A stretch of DNA of 64,000 nucleotides. Origin: a bacterium (GTDB taxonomy: Bacteria > Hinthialibacterota > Hinthialibacteria > Hinthialibacterales > Hinthialibacteraceae). The stretch spans positions 830-64,829 of the forward strand of contig CAXXSM010000123.1 of the NCBI GenBank assembly GCA_963663405.2, written 5' to 3'. The notes beneath the pieces were generated by a model. It saw nothing but the letters and a program-made list of their open reading frames with translations. It was not told where the DNA came from and ran no database searches. This document shows positions 1 through 9,198 of the stretch, piece after piece. A program made the translations under genes and the position numbers. The first letter of the stretch is position 1. Every line of letters begins with the position of its first letter.

Positions 1-275
1 AGCATCGAGTGATTTCTCCCAATAGTGATATCCGCTGGCAGCGTTGGATTAACAGGGCGTTGTTTGATACTCAAGGTCAGCTGATTGCTTTTCAGTCTAT
101 TGGGGAGGATATTACTGAGCGGAAACAGACCGAGAAGGCTTTATATGAGAGTGAAGAGCGGCTCAGTCTAGTCGCCAAAACGATTACTGATCTTGTCTAT
201 GAATGGGATGTGAAGAGTGACACGCTGGAATGGTTTGGGGATTTAGACAATGTTTTAGGATATGAAACGGGGTGA
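1..275 (+). CDS. PAS-domain sensor fragment, 5'-truncated at the window edge. Probably the N-terminal part of the downstream hybrid kinase, separated from it by a frame break
   Basis: The reading frame is open to the window start. It has a PAS-linker-like ITERKQTEKAL and ends LEWFGDLDNVLGYETG at the stop at 273-275. The next-frame ORF starting at 262 continues EINRTIQGFLTLIHPDD, which reads as one contiguous PAS core. Confidence 0.6.
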   Translation, partial: HRVISPNSDIRWQRWINRALFDTQGQLIAFQSIGEDITERKQTEKALYESEERLSLVAKTITDLVYEWDVKSDTLEWFGDLDNVLGYETG

Positions 276-2790
276 GATCAATAGGACAATCCAGGGGTTT
301 TTAACTCTAATTCATCCTGATGATATCCAACGGTTGGAGGATTCAATCGAGCGGCATCGAACATCAACAACACCGATTTTTGAAATCTATCGTGTACGCA
401 AAAAAGACGGTTCGTGGATCTGGTGGGAGGATTGTGGCACACCGCTCCTGAATGAAGAAAATCAGCCCATAAAATGGGTAGGGAGCTGCACGGACATCAC
501 CGTACGAAAAATCGCCGAGGATCGATTAAGCGAAGAACAGCGATTTACGGAATTGGTTGTTCAAAGTATGCCGGGTCTTTTCTATATATTTGAAAAGGAG
601 AGCGCCAAGTTTCTACGGCGGAATAACAATTGGAGGCGGCTTACCGGATATTCGGATGGGGAATTGGAGACAATGACCGCTCTCGATTTCTTTGAAGAAG
701 GTAAAGAAAGAGACGAATGTGCGGTTTGCATGCAGGAAGTTTATGATTCAGGGATTGCCTCGATGGAAAACAATCTTTTAACCAAGAGTGGTAAAAAAAT
801 CCCCTTTTACTTTACATGGAATCGAATCGACATTAAGAATAATGTCTATCTGCTTGGGATGGGAATTGACGTCTCTGAGCGAAATTGGGCAGTGGAAAAG
901 GCTTCTCGCTACAGCCGGGTAATAGAAAATTCTTTGAATGAGATTTATATCTTTGACGCGGATTCGCTTCATTTTATCGAGGTGAATCATGGCGCTCGTG
1001 AAAACTTGGGCTATTCAATGGAAGAACTCTATGATTTAACCGCCCTTGACTTGAATCCAGAAATTACAAAAGACGCATTTGAAAAGCTTGTTGCGCCATT
1101 GCGGTCTGGGAAACGGGAGATGGTTCAATTTATGACAGTCCATCGCCGGAAAGATGGTTCTCTCTATCCCGTCGAAGTGTATCTTCAATTAATGGCGATT
1201 GATACGCTTGTCTTTATAGCCATCGTCCTCGATATTACCGAGCGCAAGCGGAAGGAGGAGGAACGAGAGCGGTTGATGTTAGCCATCGATCAGGCGGCGG
1301 AAATCATCGTCATTACCGGCGCCGATGGTATAATACAATATGTCAATCCCGCTTTCGAGCGAATTACAGGTTACACACGAGAAGAAGTTATCGGTCGAAG
1401 TCCACGGTTGCTCAAAAGTGGCAAGCATGATCAAAATTTTTATTCGAATATGTGGGATACGCTTACACGCGGAGAAACATGGCGCGGCCGGCTCATCAAT
1501 AAGAAAAAAGATGGCTCCTTGTACACGGAAGAGGCGGTGATTTCACCAGTCCGCGACGCGTCGGGTAAAATCGTCTGTTTTGTCGCCGCTATGCGGGATG
1601 TCACCTCGGAAATTAGACTCGAAGATCAACTGCGTCATGCGTTGAAAATGGAAGCCGTTGGTCAATTGGCTGGCGGGGTCGCGCACGATTTCAACAATCT
1701 TCTAACCGTAATTCTGGGACACGGGAACTTGGCGCTCTTAAGCTTGGAAAAAGATCATTCTGCCGCCGCCTCATTGGAGCAGATAATCAAAGCGGGTGAT
1801 CTTGCCGCCACGCTGACGCGGCAGCTGCTTGCATTCAGCCGCCGGCAAGTGCTCGAAATGGTCGACCTGAATCTCAATGTTGTGATTAATGATCTAATGA
1901 AGATGATACGCCGTGTACTCGGTGAGCATATCACATTGGATGTCATTACCGGTCACAATCTTGGAACTGTCCGAGCCGACCGGGGACAGATGGAACAGAT
2001 TCTTATGAATCTCTGTGTCAACGCCCGCGACGCCATGCTGAAGGGAGGGAAAATCACGATCGAGACCGAGAATGTATTGATCGATGAATCCTATTGCTCT
2101 TCTCACCCCCTTGCCGAGAGGGGACGATATGTGCTTCTGAGTGTCACTGACACGGGTAGTGGAATGGATGAAGAAACGCTCAACCATGTTTTCGAACCAT
2201 TTTTCACTACAAAAGGTATCGGAGAGGGAATAGGATTGGGTTTATCGACAGTGTACGGCATTATTAAGCAGCATAATGGTATGGTTAACGTCTATAGTGA
2301 AGTTGGTAAAGGTTCGACATTCAAAATCTATCTGCCTCAAGTAGAGCGCTCTGCGTCATCGGTGGGAACAAAAATCGAAGGACAAACACCGGGGGGGATC
2401 GAGACGATTCTGCTGGCTGAAGATGACAGCGGGGTTCGAAAACTGTCAAAAACCATTCTTGAAAATGCGGGATATAATGTCCTAACAGCTGTCGATGGTA
2501 AGGAGGCGAAGTGTATTTTCGATGAAAACGCCGATACGATCGATATGGCGTTGCTTGATGTGGTGATGCCCAATCTTGGCGGCCGGGATGTTTATGAACA
2601 TATCATGAAGAAACGGCCACAAATGCGTGTACTTTTTGCCAGTGGATATAGTATGAACGCCATTCATACCAACTTTGTCTTGGATGAAGGTCTGCAACTG
2701 ATCCAAAAACCTTATAATGCAGTCACTCTTTTGCGGCGAGTGCGGGAAATACTCGATTCAACCGAAAACGATTCCGGTCAATCTGAATAA
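262..2790 (+). CDS. Hybrid sensor histidine kinase (multiple PAS, HisKA, HATPase_c, C-terminal receiver)
   Basis: 842-aa ORF. PAS-type segments include LIHPDD, GYSMEELYDLTALDL and ITGYTREEVIGRSPRLLKSG. The H-box is VAHDFNNLLTVILG. ATPase motifs are DTGSGMDEE and GIGLGLSTVYGI. The receiver shows ILLAEDD ... LLDVVMPNLGG. Confidence 0.9.
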   Translation: MKRGEINRTIQGFLTLIHPDDIQRLEDSIERHRTSTTPIFEIYRVRKKDGSWIWWEDCGTPLLNEENQPIKWVGSCTDITVRKIAEDRLSEEQRFTELVVQSMPGLFYIFEKESAKFLRRNNNWRRLTGYSDGELETMTALDFFEEGKERDECAVCMQEVYDSGIASMENNLLTKSGKKIPFYFTWNRIDIKNNVYLLGMGIDVSERNWAVEKASRYSRVIENSLNEIYIFDADSLHFIEVNHGARENLGYSMEELYDLTALDLNPEITKDAFEKLVAPLRSGKREMVQFMTVHRRKDGSLYPVEVYLQLMAIDTLVFIAIVLDITERKRKEEERERLMLAIDQAAEIIVITGADGIIQYVNPAFERITGYTREEVIGRSPRLLKSGKHDQNFYSNMWDTLTRGETWRGRLINKKKDGSLYTEEAVISPVRDASGKIVCFVAAMRDVTSEIRLEDQLRHALKMEAVGQLAGGVAHDFNNLLTVILGHGNLALLSLEKDHSAAASLEQIIKAGDLAATLTRQLLAFSRRQVLEMVDLNLNVVINDLMKMIRRVLGEHITLDVITGHNLGTVRADRGQMEQILMNLCVNARDAMLKGGKITIETENVLIDESYCSSHPLAERGRYVLLSVTDTGSGMDEETLNHVFEPFFTTKGIGEGIGLGLSTVYGIIKQHNGMVNVYSEVGKGSTFKIYLPQVERSASSVGTKIEGQTPGGIETILLAEDDSGVRKLSKTILENAGYNVLTAVDGKEAKCIFDENADTIDMALLDVVMPNLGGRDVYEHIMKKRPQMRVLFASGYSMNAIHTNFVLDEGLQLIQKPYNAVTLLRRVREILDSTENDSGQSE

Positions 2791-2852
2791 ATACCTGAAT
2801 ATAGACAATTCGCCTTCAAGTGTTTTGCGAAGATGAATCCTGCGGGATGTTT

Positions 2853-3926
2853 TTACCGGTATCTTCCTTGAACCAGGAATACATAGAGAATAGCGCCGAT
2901 GGGTAAAGTGCATATCAAGATTAATGTCCATGCGATCTTGTCGTACCGGCCCCGCGCTGGGAATTCTTTCGGTCTGCGTTTTAGGCAATCCTGAACAGCC
3001 CATATCCAGAGAATGAAGAGCAAAACAAACAGAATGACAAGAAATGGATTGAGTTCGTTGCGTCTTTCCTCTTGTTTTTGAATTTCCATTTCCCGCGTCG
3101 TAACTTGTTCTTCCCGTTCCTGCAGTTCGATTTCTCGTTGATTCATTCGATCGTCTATTTCTTCTTTATGACGCTGCAATTCCGCTTCTCTTTTTTCGAA
3201 TTGTCTATGTTGATCATCCGATTGTTCCTTCCATTCATTCTCCTGCCTGCGTTGTTCTTTCTCTCTTTGATTGATCTCGTGCGTTAAGATGTTGAGTTTT
3301 TCTTCTCGTTGGCGTTGATCCTTCTCAACTTGTTGCATGTTTTCTTCTCGACGAGATAATTCTCGCTCGTGATTGTTCAGATCATTTTCACGCTGTTGTA
3401 CTTTTTCTTCTCTTTCGTTAAGGTGTTGATTTCTTTCACCTAATTCTATTTCGTTTTTTTCGATTGATTCTAACCTCCTTTGAATATTGTTATTACGTTC
3501 GTTGATCTCTTGTTCTATCTTATCGATTTCTTTTTGACGATGGTCAATTTCTTCAGTGAGGTGTTTGAGTTTTTCTTCTTGTCGGCGCAGTTTTTCCGCC
3601 AGTTCGTTAAGTTGTTGATTCCGGATTGTGATTTCATCCTGTTCACGCTTGATCGCGGCTTGCATATTTTTGAATCTTCGTTGTTCTTCTAAATTTGGAG
3701 AATTCGGCGATTGGATAGGTTGATCATCCATTTGGGCAAATGCTTGTCCGTTAGCCGTCCATACCGGTGCGAATTCAATATTATTCTGTAGCGGCGATTG
3801 GATGAGATTCTGGATTGCAAATCCAGTAATCGCTTGATTATGTAAGGCCTCGCGTGTTTCTTGCATCGAAAAAATCTTGGGCGCAAGTAGTAGAATTATT
3901 GACAGGATAATCATCATTCTTTTCAT
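2853..3926 (-). CDS. Membrane-anchored long coiled-coil protein with a C-terminal PLDc_N-like two-helix membrane domain
   Basis: N-terminal signal or anchor MKRMMIILSIILLLAPKIFS. A long E/K/Q/R-rich helical region follows. The C-terminus LFILWIWAVQDCLKRRPKE...KIAWTLILICTLPIGAILYVFLVQGR resembles the PLD-nuclease N-terminal (PLDc_N) membrane domain. Confidence 0.6.
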   Translation of the reverse strand: MKRMMIILSIILLLAPKIFSMQETREALHNQAITGFAIQNLIQSPLQNNIEFAPVWTANGQAFAQMDDQPIQSPNSPNLEEQRRFKNMQAAIKREQDEITIRNQQLNELAEKLRRQEEKLKHLTEEIDHRQKEIDKIEQEINERNNNIQRRLESIEKNEIELGERNQHLNEREEKVQQRENDLNNHERELSRREENMQQVEKDQRQREEKLNILTHEINQREKEQRRQENEWKEQSDDQHRQFEKREAELQRHKEEIDDRMNQREIELQEREEQVTTREMEIQKQEERRNELNPFLVILFVLLFILWIWAVQDCLKRRPKEFPARGRYDKIAWTLILICTLPIGAILYVFLVQGRYR

Positions 3927-4337
3927 GATTCTGACTCCTTATGTGGATATTATTTGTCTCTACGATCGATCCATTACATTTTTTCGATTGTGAAACCGTA
4001 GAAAACACTCTTTTGTAACATTTCTTTAAGATGGCGCCTAGGGTATTTTTTGGTATATACAAAAGATAAATGTATAGTTACCTAGTATAGAGTTCCTTGA
4101 CACTCGTTTCATCTTAACAAACAATTCATGAATTAAGTTTTTTTTGTGCGAAGCGCGAATCATGATTCGTTTCTGACAATTCATACAATCGAGTGATGAT
4201 AAATTTGTAAATAATGATTGAGTAAAATGAAGGCCCTGGTTTTCTCTATTTCGTCTAAAATAGGGGAAGCAATATAACTATTTGTGGAATTGTACTCTTT
4301 GATTGACGTGGATCCAATTTATATTTGGTAACAAACT

Positions 4338-5459
4338 TTGAGGGATAAAACGATGGAAGAGAATGGCGCCTCCTATATCGCGCAAGTATCGTTGCAAGAT
4401 CTTTTTAAGGAGGATGATGAGATCTCAAAAGAGAAATTAGAACGATTTCTTACTCAAATGGTGGATGAAAACAACGGAAATCAAAGGATTGATCCAGACG
4501 CTCTAATCAAGGTTGTTTACGATGGAAGACTGATCGTGATGAATGAGAAGCAAGCGGAATCCATGTTGAACGATCCTACATTTGATGGAGCCAGGGAACT
4601 TCGTCTTGCGGTCACGAAAGCGCTGAAAGGAGAACCGGCTTATATTCAGCAGGAATTGATGGTACTGAGCGCAATGGCCCGAATGACGATGGATCATTAT
4701 AAATCCGATCCTCAAATCGACAAAATGGAATTGAACCGGCTCTATCCTCTTCTTGACCGTACCAAACATGAGACGGATCAGATTCTATCAGAAATTAAGG
4801 AAATGGAGGATCATATTCAGAAAATTCGATCTCAGCATCCCATTATCACGGAATATGAATCAAAAGTCGGCGAGATGGTCGGGCGCAAACAAGCGTCCGA
4901 TTTGAATAGCGCGCATCAAATCGCGCAGGAATTGAAATCCAAAAAAAAGAACTATCTTTTTAGCTGCCGGGCGATGCAGCCGGATCTACAAGGAATTCAA
5001 TTCCGCCGCCTCGATTTGCAGAAAAAGAAAAAACGAATTCTTCGCGTTCATCGTTTTCTTACGGCGCAGAAAATGGACGGATTGCGAATGGAAACCAATA
5101 AATTAAAAGAGAAGATTCAATCGATTAAAAATGGCGCCGAATCTCCTCCTGACGCGTCTTCATCTCCAATGGAAAGTTCCTTGGATCAATTGAATGAATT
5201 GAGTGAAAATCTGAAAGAAAAAGAAAAACAGATCGAAACCATAAATACGCAAGACGCGGTCTATGAGATTGATGAATCGAAAACCGGCGCGGTCATTGAA
5301 GATATCGCTCACAACGTTCTCAACGAGCCGGAACTGGATATTTCCGATAGAATCTCTGAGTTGGATACCAAAAATCGAATCAAACCGAATAATAAATATG
5401 ACGCCGTCTTTAAAAATTACTCTCGCATGGTCACCAAAAAACGGAGGAAACGAAATTGA
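4338..5459 (+). CDS. Hypothetical charged coiled-coil protein
   Basis: 373-aa ORF with no recognisable domain, rich in K/E/Q helical stretches. An ATG at about 4353 (MEENGASY) is an alternative start. Confidence 0.55.
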   Translation: MRDKTMEENGASYIAQVSLQDLFKEDDEISKEKLERFLTQMVDENNGNQRIDPDALIKVVYDGRLIVMNEKQAESMLNDPTFDGARELRLAVTKALKGEPAYIQQELMVLSAMARMTMDHYKSDPQIDKMELNRLYPLLDRTKHETDQILSEIKEMEDHIQKIRSQHPIITEYESKVGEMVGRKQASDLNSAHQIAQELKSKKKNYLFSCRAMQPDLQGIQFRRLDLQKKKKRILRVHRFLTAQKMDGLRMETNKLKEKIQSIKNGAESPPDASSSPMESSLDQLNELSENLKEKEKQIETINTQDAVYEIDESKTGAVIEDIAHNVLNEPELDISDRISELDTKNRIKPNNKYDAVFKNYSRMVTKKRRKRN

Positions 5460-6358
5460 ATAACAACAGTGACAAGGACGACAAAGCAAAAGACCTCGAT
5501 CATATCATTAAAGAGATTAAAGATGATGAATTGGGGAAAGCCGATGATACTCTTAATATTGTCGAGGCCGATGGAAAGAAAGAATTCTCCACTAAGGACA
5601 AGGGAGAGAAAACAGAAGGTAATAAATTGCGGCAACGATCCATCCGGGGTGAAGGATCGATGGTCCGGGAAATCAATCAACGGTTGGCCGGGATTGAAAA
5701 ATTGATCGAAGAAATCGAACAGAAAAATATTCTCAATTCAACTGATACATATGGGAAAATCGAACTATTGGGATCGATTACTGAAAAAACAGGCGCGGCG
5801 TTGCTGCCTTTAATCGATTTAGAAGAAGAGATCGTTCAAACCAAAGAAAAAGTGCCTGAATATGATCAATTAGTAAAAATTGATAAAAAGATTAAAGAAG
5901 CCCGAAAGCGTGGCGCCACAAAAGAAGCGGAAGAAGAACAAGAACGCGCTGGACAACAATATGTGGAATTTATGCTCGCCAATCGTGTCATTGAACCTTT
6001 GATTGAAAAAGCCCGGAAATTACGTATCCGTCTCCTTTATGAAAAGAGGCGATTGTACCTTCTGCACCACAGTCTTTTACAAAAATATTTAGCGTTTTTA
6101 GTTGATGAGATCAACAAACGTGTGGAATCTTCCATTGAGGAGAATCCCAGTTATGGAGAGTTAGTACAATCTATAGAACAATGGCGTATGACGCCTGATT
6201 TTCGTGTCAATACGATCGAAGCCTCCCTCTCGATTCAGGAAAAGTTTACTCTCCTTGAACAAGATACAACTCTTCTCACGCAGCTCGTCGACCAAACGTT
6301 GATAAAAGCTTCGGAAAATCTTAAAAGAATTTTAAGTTTAGTGGATTTAAGTTCTTAA
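5456..6358 (+). CDS. Hypothetical charged coiled-coil protein
   Basis: 300-aa ORF. Its TTG start overlaps the upstream stop (TTGA), suggesting translational coupling. No recognisable domain. Confidence 0.5.
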   Translation: MNNNSDKDDKAKDLDHIIKEIKDDELGKADDTLNIVEADGKKEFSTKDKGEKTEGNKLRQRSIRGEGSMVREINQRLAGIEKLIEEIEQKNILNSTDTYGKIELLGSITEKTGAALLPLIDLEEEIVQTKEKVPEYDQLVKIDKKIKEARKRGATKEAEEEQERAGQQYVEFMLANRVIEPLIEKARKLRIRLLYEKRRLYLLHHSLLQKYLAFLVDEINKRVESSIEENPSYGELVQSIEQWRMTPDFRVNTIEASLSIQEKFTLLEQDTTLLTQLVDQTLIKASENLKRILSLVDLSS

Positions 6359-6405
6359 AAATGAGTATATTAAATGTTCTATTTTCTTTTTGAGGGGAAT
6401 CATTT

Positions 6406-7260
6406 TTAAATATTTTTTATATTATTGGACAGCGGTGAACACTTTTTTGATTCCGCGCTCTGTTTAGGAAATCCAGCGAAGGTTCCTTTCAATCCTCCTC
6501 CAATTGGACACGCTTTTTCACACTCAAGGCATAAAATACATTCCGTGTGCGCTTTATAGACGACTCCACGGGGCTCTTCCGTCAGATCAATATCCATTGG
6601 ACATTGATCCGAACATTCTCCACATTGTGGACACCCATCAGTATCGTGACGCAGGGCAAAGGCGGAGATGGGATTCATTAGGGCGGTGATCGCTCCAACA
6701 GGGCATAATGTCCGGCAGAAAAACCGCAGAGAGAAGATCATTAACAAAACCACGGCGGCTAGTATGCTCATCCGGATTACCGTGGGCCAAAAGGATGAAA
6801 ATCCCCCCTGTTGGATCGCATGGGGGATGCTCGATTCAATCGTCGCGGCTGGACAGATACGGCAGAAATAGAAAGCGGATTCAATTCCCCAAAAAAATGG
6901 AACCGCGATCACCATCGTAACTAATACGATATATTTACCATAGCGCAATGGAGCCCAAGGTTTGAATTTGGGGCTGGGGATTTTATAGAGCAGTTCCTGC
7001 AACAAACCAAACGGGCAGACCCACCCGCATAACGCGCGTCCCAACAGCGCTCCAAATAACAAGATTGTTCCGAGCAACACAAACGGAAACACGCCGAGAG
7101 AAAGATAATGCCCCAATACCCCAACCGGGCAGGAAACGATTGAAAGCGGGCACGAATGACAATGGAAAATGGGAATACAAAGCCATTTCACTTGGAACCA
7201 GTTGCCAAGGCTCAAGACAAAGAGTGACACAGATTGAAACCAGCGCCGTATACTCATCAT
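6406..7260 (-). CDS. Membrane 4Fe-4S polyferredoxin (NapH/YccM-like)
   Basis: The motif CGWVCPFGLLQELL lies in a polytopic region. C-terminal ferredoxin clusters are CPQCGECSDQCP and CILCLECEKACP. I chose the MMSIRRW start (7260) so that it does not overlap the upstream gene. The track ORF extends to 7374. Confidence 0.75.
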   Translation of the reverse strand: MMSIRRWFQSVSLFVLSLGNWFQVKWLCIPIFHCHSCPLSIVSCPVGVLGHYLSLGVFPFVLLGTILLFGALLGRALCGWVCPFGLLQELLYKIPSPKFKPWAPLRYGKYIVLVTMVIAVPFFWGIESAFYFCRICPAATIESSIPHAIQQGGFSSFWPTVIRMSILAAVVLLMIFSLRFFCRTLCPVGAITALMNPISAFALRHDTDGCPQCGECSDQCPMDIDLTEEPRGVVYKAHTECILCLECEKACPIGGGLKGTFAGFPKQSAESKKCSPLSNNIKNI

Positions 7261-7306
7261 TCTATTTAGGCGGCTGTGGACGCACAGCCGCAAATTCCTT
7301 TTAAAT

Positions 7307-7651
7307 TCACGTAGGGCACGGCGGTGATCCCGTTCGAGGAACCGTCCGGTCGTAATTGGAAAAATAAGTTCCATTATCCGTTAGAATCACACCGCCGAAA
7401 GTGGCTTCCACGACCATTTGAAAATCGGATATCCATTCTCGTTCAGGAGTAGGTATTTTTTGGGGTGGAATATCCACCGGGGCAAAACCATCCTGTCCGG
7501 GAATGTCTGGTGGAGGGGGGATGAAATCCGGGGTTTTGAGAGTCATGAAGTGGACTTCATAGGAGACATATAAACCACCGTATCCGATCAGGATCAGAGA
7601 AATCACGGCGGTAATCGCCGCCATCCCGATTCTTTGGTAGAACTGCTTCAC
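7307..7651 (-). CDS. Small N-terminally anchored Pro-rich hypothetical protein
   Basis: 114-aa ORF with one TM helix (AAITAVISLILIGYGGLYV) followed by a Pro-rich stretch. It lies directly upstream of, and co-oriented with, the polyferredoxin gene. Confidence 0.45.
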   Translation of the reverse strand: MKQFYQRIGMAAITAVISLILIGYGGLYVSYEVHFMTLKTPDFIPPPPDIPGQDGFAPVDIPPQKIPTPEREWISDFQMVVEATFGGVILTDNGTYFSNYDRTVPRTGSPPCPT

Positions 7652-7855
7652 GTCTCAAGACTCTCCTTCGAATCCTCTTTTCAGTCAGTTTAGCCACGCT
7701 CTTGCATGGCGGGAAGGCTATCACTGGCCACGTCTTACTGAATATAACGTATAGACATTGATTTTCGTTTACTTATGTTTCTGGCTTTCAAGGATATAGA
7801 AGGTTTTGCAGCAGTAAAGATCGGCGTTTTGAGGATAATTCACTCCATTCGATTG

Positions 7856-8806
7856 TTAACTATACCAGGGGCGGGTTCTTTTAACGTTGTTCAAAGCATT
7901 AATGGCGATTTTTGTATCTTCGGCGATTTCGAAATCGAACATTCCAACGAGAATATGATCCGCGCCGTTATCAAAAGCGTATTGAAACGCTTCTTTTGGC
8001 GGGATGGCGCCGGCGGCCATGATTTTAAACGCGATCCAAGGTTTTTTTACACGGCTCATGACTTCGATCGTCTCTTTTGGATCGGCGCACCAATAGCCGG
8101 GGAATTCCTGGTATGGCTTCTTGATCTCTTCGGGTTTCGGCGCGGTGGGGTAGTTGTGATTGTGGAAGGTTTTGATATAGAAATCCGCGTCAACATTGTT
8201 TTTCTCACATTGTTTAATTGCTTCCAGATCATGCGCTCCTACACCGGACAGCGCGCCGCATTCCTTGGCGATTTCGACTGCGCGGCCAAGTAAGTCAATT
8301 CTCTTATTCGTGGTGAGTTGATCGCCCCGCACACCCCATAGATAGACCGCGTCGACGCCGATGTCGACGATCTGTTTAACGTGTTCGCTATACGCTTCCA
8401 TTTTGTCATCAATTTCGGCGGTGGGGCAGACGATCCATTTGATTTTCCCACCCTGATTGCGGTAATTTTGGATGACGTTCATGGACCAAGGGTGAGTATG
8501 GATCGAGAGGGTGTCGATCCCATGTTCCTCGGCGAGAGCGAGGGTTTCGTGTATTTTTTCCTCTGTGTTGTAATGCGCCGCGAGATTGTAGACGTATTTC
8601 AGGTCGCGGCTGTGCGTGTAGTGAGTCAAAAGATTGCCGCCCAACAACATGCGGCTGATTGGAAGATCGCCGATTTTGCCTTTGGGAAGCGTATCTGATT
8701 TTGGGTTCGGACTACTGGCCGCGCCCGCTTTCATGGCTAAGGCGCCTGTTGTGGATGTGATTATCGATTGTTGGATAAACTTTCTTCGATTCAATTCCGG
8801 CGGCAT
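7856..8806 (-). CDS. Tat-signal exported protein of unknown function (possibly TIM-barrel-like)
   Basis: Twin-arginine leader MPPELNRRKFIQQSIITSTTGALAMKAGAA. 316-aa ORF. I do not recognise the family. Confidence 0.55.
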   Translation of the reverse strand: MPPELNRRKFIQQSIITSTTGALAMKAGAASSPNPKSDTLPKGKIGDLPISRMLLGGNLLTHYTHSRDLKYVYNLAAHYNTEEKIHETLALAEEHGIDTLSIHTHPWSMNVIQNYRNQGGKIKWIVCPTAEIDDKMEAYSEHVKQIVDIGVDAVYLWGVRGDQLTTNKRIDLLGRAVEIAKECGALSGVGAHDLEAIKQCEKNNVDADFYIKTFHNHNYPTAPKPEEIKKPYQEFPGYWCADPKETIEVMSRVKKPWIAFKIMAAGAIPPKEAFQYAFDNGADHILVGMFDFEIAEDTKIAINALNNVKRTRPWYS

Positions 8807-8862
8807 ATTCGATCCCCTTTGTGTCAGTATTTTTCACCGATGGCACGCAAAGAAAACAGTAG

Positions 8863-8968
8863 TTTTTGTCTGAATCTGGATGGACAGGATCTTTTGGATA
8901 AACAGGATAAGTCATACGTTATATCCTGAGCATCCTGTTCATCCAGGATATCCTGATTCAGACAAAAG
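8863..8968. promoter_or_regulatory. Long imperfect inverted repeat carrying several CAGGAT(A)/(T)ATCCTG motifs, upstream of the Tat-signal gene
   Basis: The left arm is TTTTTGTCTGAATCTGGATGGACAGGAT (8863-8890). The right arm ATCCTGTTCATCCAGGATATCCTGATTCAGACAAAAG (8932-8968) is its reverse complement with a 9-nt insertion. The centre holds more ACAGGATA / TATCCTGA copies. Confidence 0.4.
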
Positions 8969-9198
8969 AGAAAACGTTGTACAACTCATCTCATATGAAT
9001 CGATTGAGACATTTGCGTATCATCAGTCATTCACTTTGTTTGTATATCGTAGACGGTTTGGATGAATTCGGCTATATCGGTTGGATGTTTTTTTGTAGGA
9101 TTCCAATTGAATCTCCAGAAATCCCCAGGGTTGAAACCCTGGGCTACTGTATTTTGTCCCGGAGGGACATTAGAAAATAGGATTTTAATCCTGGGTAT

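Noticed and set aside
7775-8293. 172-aa plus-strand ORF
   Set aside because: It lies almost entirely antisense to the Tat-signal gene 7856..8806, which has a canonical RR leader. It has no motifs of its own.
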